DNA of 61,059 nt, from assembly GCA_030167865.1 (NCBI GenBank), contig JALAGF010005986.1, forward strand, positions 1 to 61,059, in the 5' to 3' direction. A program made the position numbers and the translations under genes. Each line of letters begins with the position of its first letter. Within the stretch, counting starts at the first letter, position 1. The notes below the pieces were generated by a model, which worked only from the letters and a program-made list of their open reading frames with translations, had not been told where the DNA came from and ran no database searches. This document shows, piece after piece, positions 46,146 to 58,872 of the stretch. Source of the stretch: Craspedostauros australis (taxonomy: Eukaryota).

Positions 46146-49100
46146 TGTTGTTGCTGTTTTCGGGCGTTGAATTGGTGATGTTGTTGATGTGCTTGGAATG
46201 ACGGAGAGGAGTTAAGTGAAGATTGTACGTTGATTTGGTCCGAGTGCTAATTTTATGAGGAAGAATGGGGTTGGACAAAAGAGGAGGGAGTAGAAAGAGA
46301 AACGGCTCTTTGCGAATTAGCGCCTCTGCTACCATGGCTTGTAGGAGCTGAGAATACGGGTGTGCAGCGTGGTGGCGGTAGTGATGAATGGTGGTGATGG
46401 TGGTGGTTTGTGGGGCGAGAAGCGGGGCGTCCTGGATTAACTCCGCAAACGGGAAAGCAGTGGAATGCACCATACGTGTTATTCGTATTTGCGGCACCAT
46501 CACAGGACGGCAGAAGAGTCGGTACTGTCATTTCTTCGCAGGACAAATTGAGAAGCACAGTGCGAACATGGAGTCCGTCGAATTCTCCATGACCAATGCC
46601 CCACGGACAAAACGGTCTTGCTACGAAGGTGGACATATTTGTGAGGGAACGATCACGACCAAACACGGTGGTGGATGGCAGAAATGCGTTTCGACAAGGA
46701 AGCGGAACCGCAGAAACAGCGGCTGGAATGGCAGCGGCGCCGTTCATGTCGATGTGAAGCTTCACAGTTGGGGGAGGACCTCCGGCTGCCATCCCACGCG
46801 AGCACCAACACAAGTCGGAGTGCAAGGCAGACATCCGTGCTTTTCACTCATTTGTCATGGCGCTGTGGCCACCACCAGCCAACACCGAGCTGCGTGGTAC
46901 AAATGCCGTATTGTTTCATTCCACCGCACTGCCGAGATAGGATTGGACCAATAAGTCACAATCGTGAGATAAAACGGCGTCGACCCACACGCACATGACA
47001 AGCGCATCCTTGTCGTTGAGAAATCTTCTCCCGATTTGTCAACTTGTCATGCATCGCTCTTTGGACAAAAACACGATCACCAACGTGGCAAATGACTTTC
47101 CCAGACACAGACAAACAGAGAGCCAGATTTCGCCCTGGCGGGTCTTCTGACCCTGCTGTGCGTGCTACCACACGGATACAGGGCACCTCGTCTGCTCGCG
47201 AGTTTGGCGAAAGCGCGTTATTCGCCTTGGAGACAAATAGGTCACAGCACTTCGTGCTGGTGTGCAAGGCGACGACATATATGTTGGCTAACCATACGCT
47301 CTTCGGCGAATACTCATGCCACACAATGACGACTACGCTGAAGCCATACAGTCGTCACAGCGAGCGAGAAGGTGCTTCTGGAGAGCGTTATGACGTAAGG
47401 GGAGGGATCGAGCGTCTCTGGTGGAGTGAGTTGCTCCTTGCATGTCGACGAGCCGCGGGTGTGGGTAGCGCCGATGATGTTTCCAGGTCGGAACCGGAAG
47501 CGAACCACCACGCAGTCGGTACCTGGCAAGTGATAGCCGCTCAGGTGGGAGTTGGCAGCTGGTAGTTGGTAGCTGATGACCACCAGCTGGCTTCTCGCGT
47601 TACGGGTGACAGTTGCCTGCGAGGGCCAGCACAAGACTGATAGAGCTGATGGGAGGACGAAGATGTCTCGCCATGTCTCACCAAGTCTCACAAAGGGGAG
47701 ATGGTCTTTTCGTTTCTGGTTGGTTTGCTTTCGTCTGCTTTCTGGAAGCTGAGGGCCGAAGAGAAAGCTCAACTCCATGCCAGTTTCAGCGGGAATGGCA
47801 TGTCTGCACGACAAGAGGAAGTCCAGAGATTCGCAACCCCAACGGAGAGGAGAATTGGGTAACCGCCCAAGATCAGCCAAGACGGAGCAAGATCGCCGAC
47901 TTCCACCATGACGGATTTGATACGGTGGGGCAGTGGTGCGCGCCACCCAAAGCGGTGGAAGCGGACATCACAAAAGCCAAGAACCAAAGAAGGACTTCTT
48001 GCCCCTCGGTGAAGTTGGACATTCTGGTGCAGTCGGTCGGAGCGGGCACCGAGAAAGCTACCGCACCAGGCACGCAGCGCACAACTAACGAAGAGGAGCG
48101 ACAATCTCAGACCATCACCCAGCAACAAACACACGAGAGGTTCACGGTCTGCATCACACTCACACACCATTAGCAAACACGTTCGTCGATGCGAGAGGTT
48201 CACGGTCTGCGTCATTTGTTCGCACTCGGCATCTATGGAGCGAGCAGTTTGTCCTACTCCAACGATTCTACGTTCTGTGCTCCACTGAGGGATTTCACGA
48301 TTCTGTCCGCCCTCTCTTTGTACCCCTCTCCTCTGTCTTCTTCGCGCAAGGGTGACGCCCAGCACTTCGTCCGGGGGAGAATGACGCATCTGGGCGGTTC
48401 CTGTGAAAACGCTCTGATCGTACCCGCGATCCACGAGGTAAATGCGATCTTGGACACGAAACGCGCCTTCGTGCGAAGCGCCGGTTTCGTGATGCCGCGA
48501 TTTCGCAAAGGCTTCGGACGTCCCGAATCTCAACGCAGCATTGTACGAAGATGATACGGTGAGGTTGGATCGATGGTCATGCTTTGGCCCCATGGGTGGT
48601 TGTGTGTCGCAGAGTGAGACATTCCAACCCGGTCTCTGACCTTTTGGGAATTCGTGGCGAATCTTGACTGACACATCTTTCCGAAGCTCTGCTTCTTCGC
48701 TTGTCGTGCCGCAGACCCGCCTCTCCTCTTGATCGTCGGAGAGGAAAGGACGTGCGCGCAACCCGCTATCCGCAACCACAGGACGCGCTTCGTGCGCATT
48801 CCGGCGAAGGAGACCACTCGTTGGGCTGGCTAAATGCAGACACACGCTCACACACACACTCTCTCCCTCTCTCTATATCTATCTCGTATAAGTGTGTTTT
48901 CGTAAGCCATGGACCTAGCTGCGGCACCATTCATGCTGTTGCGTACGTTTATTCGTTGAGCGTCGTCATCGAAACGCAATTATTAGAGCCGCACAAGCCG
49001 CACCATTGTCAGGAACACCTCATCACAAGCGTCCAGCTTTGTTCGGATTCCGTGATGCTGACGATGGTGCGCTCGAGAGCACAATAAATACACTATTCCT

Positions 49101-49768
49101 CCATACGTTCGTCCCGCCAGCAATCGCCAGCCCTGGACGGCATCAACAAGTCGCCCCAAGGCCTCCCCTGACGCACGCCATGCGCGTGGCAGGTTGTGCA
49201 CCTGCGACCTCACAAGACGGCTGTCGCCTCTTGTCGCGCCTGGGGAGCCCCAGAGCAGAGGAGTGGCAATCTTGCTGAGGAGGGCCTCCGCATAGCGGAT
49301 GGTTGAGATGGACCTGCGCAGATAGCGGTACGTTGTCGGGAGACTGATGGATCTGGGTGGATGAAGGTGATGGCATGGATGTCTGGAGGCGATTTGTCTC
49401 TCTCTGGGGAGAGGAGTTTCGCCGCGGCATGCGAGCTCGCTGAGAGTACTTGGTTAGACTCAAAGTGACATCGGTATCTTTCTCCCCGGAACCAACAGCT
49501 GAGAACTGTGATGACTTCGCTTTTCCACAAACGAGGAAGATCGCGAACCATTCTGACCGACGCCAACGACACAGACGACAGTGATGGCAGCACCATCCAT
49601 CCACAACCACAGATCGTCGCAGCAGGCACAACATCGCACCATCGCACTGGCACCGTAAGACCATCGCATCATATAGTATAGCAGGAGAATCGCACAACCC
49701 CTTCCTTCCTTCATCCACCACAACACTTCATTTGCACCTGTATCGTGTATCCTACCGATTCCCAAATT

Positions 49769-50698
49769 ATGAACATCGGACTGTCGGCGCTCTGCCTCCT
49801 TGGCGTGCTGGCTGAACTCACAGCAGGCTTCGTTACTCCATCCAGATCGCCGACATCGCCATCATGGCTAGCACCGTTGTCTTCCCTGGCCTCGTCCAGC
49901 CAGGATGACGTGCTGTCGAAGGCCGAAGAGGAGCACGCCCGTGAGGTATTCGCCATGGTGGACAAGGACAAGACGAACGACATCGACCAATACGAACTCA
50001 GCGATCTCCTCGACATGCTGGACATCTCCGCCGACAACGAAGAGTGCGAGGCGCTGTTTCGCTACTTGGACGTTGACGAATGCGGCAAGGTCGACGTCGA
50101 GGACTTCCTCCCGTGGTACTCCAGCGCTGTGGAGGCCGCACGTTCCTCGGCGGAGGCCTTCCAAGCGATCATCTGCAACCGCCGCACCGTGGGCAAGTTC
50201 GACAAAACGCCCGTCGCCGACGACGTGCTGCGACGTGCCATCAAGTGCGCCATATCCGCACCCAACCGCAGCGGAAGCGAGCCGTGGAGATTCATCCAGC
50301 TGGGGGCTGAGACTGTGGCCAAGGTAGCCGATCTCAATCGGGAACTCGGTGGAACCGAAGGGTCCTTCATGAGGTGGACCAACATTCCGGGTTGGTGCGT
50401 CGTCACCTGCTCCCTCATGGACGATGGATCTGACGAGCCTCATCCTGAGGACTTCAGGAGCGTCTCCTGCGCCATCCAGAATTTCATGCTCTCCATGTGG
50501 TCGGAAGGCGTTGGCAGCAAGTGGACATCTGGTCCTGTGCAGAAAACGGCCGAGTTCGCCAAGCTCTGCGGAGTGGACCAATCAAAGGAGGTGGTCGTGG
50601 GCGTTGTGTGGTACGGTTTCGCCCGCGGCGGGTTGCAAAATACGGATCGCAAACAACGCCAGAAGACAGTCGAAGATGTTCTCTCGAGTATGCCGTAG
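49769..50698 (+). CDS. EF-hand pair fused to nitroreductase (FMN-dependent, YdjA-like), with bipartite presequence
   Basis: Signal MNIGLSALCLLGVLAELTAG|F then an S/P-rich transit peptide; EF loops DKDKTNDIDQYE and DVDECGKVDVED; nitroreductase RRTVGKF, APNRSGSEPWRF, AIQNFML..GVGSKW. Confidence 0.9.
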   Translation: MNIGLSALCLLGVLAELTAGFVTPSRSPTSPSWLAPLSSLASSSQDDVLSKAEEEHAREVFAMVDKDKTNDIDQYELSDLLDMLDISADNEECEALFRYLDVDECGKVDVEDFLPWYSSAVEAARSSAEAFQAIICNRRTVGKFDKTPVADDVLRRAIKCAISAPNRSGSEPWRFIQLGAETVAKVADLNRELGGTEGSFMRWTNIPGWCVVTCSLMDDGSDEPHPEDFRSVSCAIQNFMLSMWSEGVGSKWTSGPVQKTAEFAKLCGVDQSKEVVVGVVWYGFARGGLQNTDRKQRQKTVEDVLSSMP

Positions 50699-52383
50699 AG
50701 TATTGGTAGACGCGACACGACGGTGATGGAACGGAGCTCGTCGTCGGCGTGGGCATAGACTAGCGCGAGCAAACCTGGGAGCACCGAACTCGATATTGGC
50801 ACGGTCAAGCGCATGACACCACATGTACTGGTGCGGCCAACACGTGAGAAGGCGGATCCAGAACAAGACCGGCGGAAGCGAAAACACTCAAACTAAGGCA
50901 ATCTCGGTAGCGCATGGCAGCAGACCATTCATTGCCGCTGTTGCTCTTCCAAGGAAGGGCGGTGCACATGCATGCTCGACCCGGAATGACCTCAAACCGT
51001 CCTCTTCCAGGCCTACGGCGTAGCTTAACCAACACGAGGAAATTCGTAATCATCACTCCAGTCATTGAACATCCAATTTCATCATGTTGGTTTTAGCTGA
51101 GGTGAACGCTGGAAGTCGAGAGCGCAAGAAGAACGCAACCGCAGCACTGCGGCCTGTTTCTCCAACAGGCGCAGCGTCTGAACCCAGGTGTGTCTGGGAG
51201 CGGGGATTTTGGTTGTGCGTGTGCTCATTCTTGTCGAGCATAGTGCTCGTTTGGGTGCCAGTTGAGGTGCGAGTATCGTCTCTTCGGTTTGCAACCATCA
51301 CCAACCAAATGGTTTTCTGATTTTAATACTACCGATTACACGCATATTACCGAGATCCCGCAAGACGAATCCTGAGAGAATGCAAAAGGGACTTCCTACA
51401 TGAAAATGAGCACATGAAATCGTGGATTTGTGTTTCCACGAATAGGACAACAAAACTACTTGCTTATAACTACATTACCGTGGTTCCAAAACCCGCATCT
51501 CCATTCGTGTCAAATTTGGGCTTTCACTTTGTCTGGATCTTCTTCGATCAAATGGGATCGGCACGCGTCCACAACGCCATTATATGCTGACGTCATCGTC
51601 GCCAAACTTCTCCGTCTCCGGTTTGGTGAACACGCCCACGCTCACCAGGCAGCTCGAGTGCCGCTCACATTTTGTTGTTCCCCGCTTTCAATTGGCATCA
51701 TCTTGCTTCTCCGTCTTTCTGCTCTGTCTGACAACGTCAGGCGGGTGGAAATTCCACGATACGTTTGCGACACCGATAGCATCGATTGCAGTACCCACGA
51801 CAATGCTCAGGCAGCAATTCTTCATCAGGGGGATCATCCCAATCAGGTGTGGAAGCCGGAGTATAAAACCAGATGATGGCATCATCATCATCATCATCAT
51901 CGTCGTCGTCGTTGGGTCCACACGAATCTTCAATGAATCAACAACATGATCACCCTACATGAAGGAGGCGGCTTCTTCGCTGTCTATCGGAGATGTTGGA
52001 TTGATCCATTGGTGACCGTGGCGTCGGCTCCACCCATTTCAGATTCAGGTCCCCGAGAGGTATTCAAGAGGCATAGGTGGGCGTCATGTGATGTGGCGCG
52101 GGGTGGTGAGCGCATCATGGCCCTCACACGTACGTATGGCACAATCACCACTGTACCCTGATACTCTCTTGTGCTAGCATTGTGATCCTCGCCACCAGCA
52201 CCTCGTGTCTCGGTGTGCTGTGACAAGTGTGTGCTTGGCATCTTGATCTGATCTGGACACCTTCTCGATCTGCTCACAAAAATCGGATTTGCACAATTCG
52301 GAAGCAACTACGGAACAGACGAGCAAACAACAGCCACCACCACCACCAACCGCAAAGCAAAGTCAAGCAACCCAACCATCAAC

Positions 52384-54481
52384 ATGGTGAGTAACAACAC
52401 GATGTATGCCTTGGAATTAAGGTACTCTTCAATGTGAAATCATCATGCAACTCTCTGCGAAGAGAGAGTACCTGGCTACCCCCGCATGGAGCGGTGTCTT
52501 GCTTCGGTGTGGATACAGTCCCTTGCATGTACCGGCTTTCTTTCATCATGGTATCCTCGTACGGCCATGCTCGACAGCAAACCACATAACTATGTTCTGC
52601 GACACAAGTGTGGTGTGCTGCACTGTCCCCACAAGCGACATCGCTCACACACCAATGTCATTGCTTGTATATAATACGTATGTATAATACAATACACGCC
52701 AACGAACCAATTCCCCAATCCATCCATACACTTCACCACAGGCCGATAAAGATCCACAGCTCGTCAATGAGGAAGCCAAGAGCCGCAAGGACCGTCCAAC
52801 CAACTCCATGCACATTGGAGATGTCGACTTCGAGGTTGAGAACCCAGCGGACATCGAAGACGCCTCTTGGGGGGAGGTTCTGCAGACCTGCTGCTCTCAC
52901 ACTGCCGAGGAGTGGGCGTACGTGTTCTTGGGAGTCTGCACCGTCGTTTTCTTCCTCTACTTCTTCCTCGTCGGACTCGAGCTTCTCGGATCCGGGGCCA
53001 AGGTGATGGGTGGTTGCACCGCCGGAAGTTTGTTCGGTGATGAGACGAACCCAATCGCTGGGCTCATGGTCGGCATCCTCGCCACCGTCCTTCTCCAGTC
53101 TTCCTCCACCACCACCTCCATCGTCGTCGCCCTTGTCGGTGCTGATGCCGTCTCCGTCCGCCAGGGAATCTACATGATCATGGGCGCCAACATCGGAACC
53201 TCCGTCACCAACACCATCGTCGCCATCGGCCATTTGGGAGATGGAGACCAGCTCGAGCGTGCCTTCGCCGGTGCCACCGTCCATGATATGTTCAACTTTC
53301 TCTCTGTCAGCATCCTTCTCCCACTTGAGATCATCACCGGATACCTGAACGCTTTGACCAAGGCCCTCGTCGCCAACGCCGACACCGAGAGCGGTGACAA
53401 GTGGGAGGGACCAGTCAAGAAGCTCGTGTCTCCGCTTGGAAAGAAGATCATCAGCGCCAACAAGAAAGTCATCGAGGCCGTCGCCAAGGGAGGATCCTGC
53501 TCCGACTTCTACCCAATCAACTGCACCGACAACAACAATCCAACCAAGAAGACTTGCTCCAAGGTCGGACTCATTGAATGCGACAAGAAGACCGGAGACT
53601 GCCCAGCCTTCTTCCAAGCAGAGGCCAGCAAGAGGGACGACCAGATCTCAGGATTCATCATCTTCATCATCGCCATCGGAATCCTCTTCGTCTGCCTCTT
53701 CGCCATGGTCACTATCCTCCAGAAGATGCTCCTCGGAACCTCCACCCGCATCATCCACAAGGCCACCAACATCAACGGATACCTCGCCATCATGCTCGGA
53801 GCAGGAATCACCATGGTCGTCCAGTCCTCCTCCATCACTACGTCCGCCCTCACACCACTCGTCGGTATGGGAGTCCTCCGTCTTGAACAGATGCTTCCAC
53901 TGACCCTTGGAGCCAACATCGGAACCACCGGTACCGCCATCCTCTCCGCCTTCGTCACTGATGGAACCAACGCCCTCCGCGTCGCCCTTGCCCACTTGTT
54001 CTTCAACATCTCCGGAATCCTCATCTGGTACCCAGTCCCGTTCATGCGCAACGTCCCACTCATGGCCGCCCGTCAGCTTGGAAAGGGTACCCGCCTCTGG
54101 CGTGGATTCCCATTGGTGTACATCATCGTCATGTTCTTGATCGTCCCACTCCTCTTCCTCGGCCTCTCCTGGTTGTTCACCCAGGACAAGAAGTCCTTCA
54201 CCACGCTTGGAGCGTGCTTGACCGTCGCCGTCTTCTTCATCGTCGTTTATGTTGGCTACTACTGCCAGTTCAACGGCGGTAAGGAGGCCTGTTACGACAC
54301 CATGGTCGCCCGCCAGAACCGCCAAGAAGCCATCCAGGCCCTCCCAGAAGACATGGAGTACCTCAAGGCCCGCATTGCCGCCTTGGCCGAGCACACCGGG
54401 CTCGTCGCTGACGACGAAGACACGGAGATGCCTGAGAAGGAAGCCGACGCTGAGGTCGCCGAATCTGTCGGAGAAGCTTAG
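52384..54481 (+). CDS. Na+-dependent phosphate cotransporter (SLC34/NptA family), 2 coding exons
   Basis: Two QSSS motifs (LQSSSTTTS, VQSSSITTS), two GANIGT motifs and GATVHDMFN. Exon 1 is ATG 52384-52386, intron GTGAGT..CAG 52387-52741; exon 2 from 52742 is in frame with the ORF at 52808. Confidence 0.95.
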
Positions 54482-55005
54482 CGAGGAATAGAGGCGGCGT
54501 CGTCGTCGTCGTCTCTCTCTCTTGTCTTCTCTTGACGCCCGATGTAGTGTGCCACAGTACGTAGAGCACAGTACAACACAAGGCTCCGAATGGAACACAC
54601 CAAAACACACAAAAATGGATGTATGCACCCGCTGTGCGATTCGAGTTCGTCGATGGTCCAGAGATGTGTAAGACACAAAGCTTGAGTGATTGTGCACGCA
54701 CAGGATAATCCGAATTCGATCAACTGTTACCACCAACACTTACCTATTATATTATACTTTCCAGTTTGGTCTGTTGCAGAATTCGAGTACTGCACCTGGG
54801 ACTTGTAGGCACTCTGACGATAGGCGTGCTTGCAAGTTCATCGCATGGTGCAGCTACCGAAAACAGCATAGTATTCGTGTATATTATTATATCATGTAAA
54901 ATGATATTATGTGCACCATGATTGTACTCTGATCGATCATGTCAGTTTGCGAGCATTACGTCACATTCGAACATGTGTTGTTAGCCGTCGTACCATGGCA
55001 ACATC

Positions 55006-55061
55006 TCCACATCCACATCCACATCCACATCCACATCCACATCCACATCCACATCCACATC
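55006..55061. repeat. (TCCACA)9 microsatellite
   Basis: perfect hexamer run read directly. Confidence 0.95.
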
Positions 55062-55902
55062 AATGAGGAGTCGCGTTGCTGAGACGGATCTGTCGTTGGG
55101 TGGGTATCAACACCGAACACACAACACTGCACGAAACACAGAACGCGATGGAAAACTCAGCGCATCGCAGTCACCAATTTGAGTCGTATTGGTCCTCCCG
55201 TCTGAATGAGAACAAATCGCAATCCAAACCTGCAAATGACAAACACACACACACCAACATCATCCACCACGACCAACAACATCACGACACTGCACCACAA
55301 GCGAATCCACAATGATTGTGACCAATTCACAACCCATTCATCTTCGTGCACACGACTACGAGCAGAGAGGACTCTACCTTATCGACACCATTCTGTCACC
55401 TCACTGCAGCTGTTCAAGATCCAACAACGCAGAGCACAGCACCCTTCCTCTCACAAGCAGAGTGGATCGTTTCGTTTCAAGCGCAGATTGCCGTCGACGC
55501 AACATACGTTCAAGTACAGGCTACCTCCGTCCAACGATCTGTCCGTTCAAGGATCTCCTCGCATTCGTACAGGAGCAACCGAATGGCCATGGGTTGGTAT
55601 CAGTGAGTTGCTTGGTTGTGTTACATTTGTGTTTGCGCTTGTGCTGATGCCTTCTGCAGTGGGTGTGTTGATGGTGAAATTCTCTCTGGCACGAACGATT
55701 TGACATCCATCTTCCTGTCTGCGTGCCAGCAGCTGCACTTGCCTCTTGATCGCACCAGTGAACAAAAACAATCGTCCATCCAAAGCGCACAGCTGAGCGC
55801 ACATGACACTGCAATCTCTTTCTGCTCACACTCGCGTTGATGCATCCCTCTCCCTCCTTCTTCCATTCAACTCTGCATGCGTCTGTTGGGGCACATTCTA
55901 TC

Positions 55903-57882
55903 ATGTCGGAATAAAAATGAAACTGATTTGATAACAGTGATGACCCCAACGATACATGGCCAGTGCAATTGTACAAAGCATGCAACAGGAACGACTTGAC
56001 AACGGTGCAAGCCTTGGTCGAATCATGCGAAGAGGGTACATATTGTGGCATCGTGAACACCGATTGCTATGGTATTATTGCAACACCGCTGCATGTTGCC
56101 TGTTACAATGGAAACACAGCCATTGTGAAGTACTTGTTGGAGTCTGATCGAATCAGGGTGGATGTCAATCTCCAGGATGATCGTGGAGTGACAGTGCTCC
56201 ATCATGCCTGCCATCGTGGAAACATAAGCACCGTGAAGTACCTGGTGGAATCAGATCACTTCCATGTGGATGTCAACATTCGAGACGACTGCGGCAATAT
56301 GCCACTGCACAGTGCGTGCATGCGTGGACACAAAGATATTGCCGAGTACTTCATGCAGTCTGATCGAAGTGATGTGGACGTCAACGCCCAAAACAACAGA
56401 GGGCAGACATTGCTCCATCTAGCTTGCAAGGACGGAAACAGAGATCTTGTGGAGTACTTGCTGGAATCTGATCGAATCCATGTCGTCATGGAAGACAACA
56501 GTGGGAACAGCTTACTCCACCATGCTTGCGAACAAGGCCAGACGGATGTATTGAAGTACTTGGTGCAATCTTGTCAAGTTGATGTGGAGGGCTACATCAA
56601 CAAACAGAACAACGAAGGTGACACGCCTGTGCATGTCGTATGTTGGGAGAGAATAAGCAGCCTTCGATGCCTGCTAGAATCAGATGATGTCAGCGCTTTC
56701 ATCAATCCCAACATCCGTAACAACAGCGGTGATTCACTTCTCCACATGGCTTGTCGCATGGACTGGCATGGTGCTGGGAGTGTGATTTCTTGTCTGGTCC
56801 AGTGTGACAAGATCGATACAGAGAGTCACATCCGCACCCAGAACAACCATGGCGACACGCCATTGCATCTTCTTTGCTCTCGCGGGCGCTATAACACTTT
56901 GCCCTTCTTGAAGTTATTGATGGAAGAGTATCAACTCGGCAACGACAATGGCGACAGCGACAGCAATGAGATGAACATCGATGAAATACTCAAGATTCAA
57001 AACAGCTGTGGAAATACACCTCTCCATCTTGCATGCAACCATCAGAAACAAGACGTCATCAGGTACCTGCTCCAGTCATACAAGACCAACAGCAGTCTCA
57101 ACATCCAAAATCATGCTGGCAACACACCCTTCCACATCGCCTTCAACGCAAGCTTGTTTGACACATTCAACGACACCACCAGGCTCACCCACCTCTTTAA
57201 TTTCATCCAACATCAAGTCATCCCCACCGCCAACCTCAGCGATCTCTCCCATCTCAACAATCGCGTGGGAGCCACGGACATCACGAAGCAATTGATAGAC
57301 GAGGCCAAACCAATTGCAAACATCCAGAATCGAAATGGTGACACGCTTCTCCATCTTGCATGCGTGAGCCGGGAAAGTGGAATGCTCACTCTTCGAGATT
57401 TGGTGGGGCATGACTCAGTGAACGCAACACTTCAGAATAGGGATGGTGACACCGCATTGCATTGCATTTGTCATGGCCACGCCAACGACAGGGACGACTG
57501 TGTGGAGAAGATGAAGCTATTGATTGAATCGAGCAATGTGAAGGTGGATGTGAACACGAGGAACATTCAAGGAGACACACCGCTTCACTGTGTTGTGAAA
57601 AGCAACTGCTTGGAGTTGTTCGAGTATCTGATGACGTTGGAGATGACCGACCCGTCCGTGCGAAACAAGGCTGGCGACACGGCGTCAGAACACAGGCAGA
57701 AGGAAAGCCTCCGTGGGAGCATGTCGAAGCTGCACAGGTCAAATGTATCTGCTGTCCTCCCCACAGGCAGAAGATTTCGTGGAGACATGGAAGTGACATG
57801 GTGGCAAAGGGTGCGGCAAAGACTTCGATTCAAACGCCGAGGTCGACCTGACAATGACACACACAAAATAAAGTCACGATGA
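55903..57882 (+). pseudogene. ankyrin-repeat protein (about 13 repeats) with disrupted 5' end
   Basis: TPLHVAC/TLLHLAC-type motifs occur 13 times in the open frame 55927..57882. The nearest upstream in-frame ATG (55903) is followed by in-frame TAA, TGA and TGA. It could instead be intact via an unseen exon or a downstream ATG. Confidence 0.6.
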
Positions 57883-58708
57883 AGATAAACCAGATGGGGC
57901 GAGCATGACACGAAGAGGAATTGGCACAGGCACATCTGCGAGTACACGTATGAGCGCTGTGCCTGAAAATAGTATTATGTGATATAATGCCTCCTCTGGT
58001 ACAAGTAGTCGCATTATTGGCAGTCTTTCGGCTGTCACAACTCGCCGTCCTCTCTTCGCCAGCGGCTGACTCCGACAGGGCGAGTTTTGGTCGTTGATTG
58101 TGCTCTGCTTTCACTGTTGCGGAATACAAATGCGAGAACAGTGGTCTGAATTTGCAGAGTGTACTCTATTTGGTGCTGCGCTTGTGCCATCCCCTTTTTC
58201 GTTGCTACTCTACGTGCAAGCCATTATGATCTCAAAGAGTTTCACGTAGGTAATGTACATGTGGAGTATGTCTAGAGTGTAGAGGTAGCCTTCTGGCTTG
58301 ATGACAGGTGTTGTTTGTCCACAACATTTTCTATTTGCCGCTACTCCGTGTTCGTGTTTGATTCGTAAGTCTGTGTCGTCTGCATCACACGCTTGTGTGG
58401 TGTTCAAGAGTTGCAGCTCGCTTCCCAGACAGCCACGACAACAAGTTCGGACAGACGAACGACTCCAAACAATGGCCACGAAAGAGCGACTCAGACATGT
58501 CGTCGTCACGAATTCGTTTCAGAAACGTGACATAGACTCGGGAACACCCAACATTTTGTCCGATTTTCACTTTTCTAGATCGTGACCTAATTTACCGGGA
58601 CTTAATACACTGCGTTGAGACAGAAAAGTGAATCGCCTGAAATCCTGAAAATCGTGGATAGGGTTACGCTATTGCTCTTCAATTGTCGTTGGTCCAGGCA
58701 CGAGAGAG

Positions 58709-58872
58709 ACCGGACAAAACCGGAGAAACTAGGTCAAACCGGACAGACCGGACAAAATGACCGGACAAACTGGACAGACCGGACAAAACGACCGGACAGA
58801 CCGGACAAACCGGACAAAACGACCGGACAGACCGGACAAAACAAACAAATCAACCGGACAGACCGGACAAAA
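58709..58872. repeat. array of ACCGGACA-core repeats, probable transposon subterminal repeats
   Basis: 12 exact CCGGACA copies plus variants (CCGGAGA, CTGGACA), next to a transposase remnant. Confidence 0.85.

Noticed and set aside
48134..48210. Repeat-spacer-repeat as a mini-CRISPR
   Set aside because: Only two 19-bp copies, no leader or cas genes; a simple local duplication suffices.
55006..55061. (TCCACA)n as a telomere repeat
   Set aside because: Not the TTAGGG-type unit, internal and short; an ordinary microsatellite.
58709..58872. CRISPR-like array
   Set aside because: Units are about 9-22 bp with no unique 25-45 bp spacers; no cas genes; eukaryotic context.
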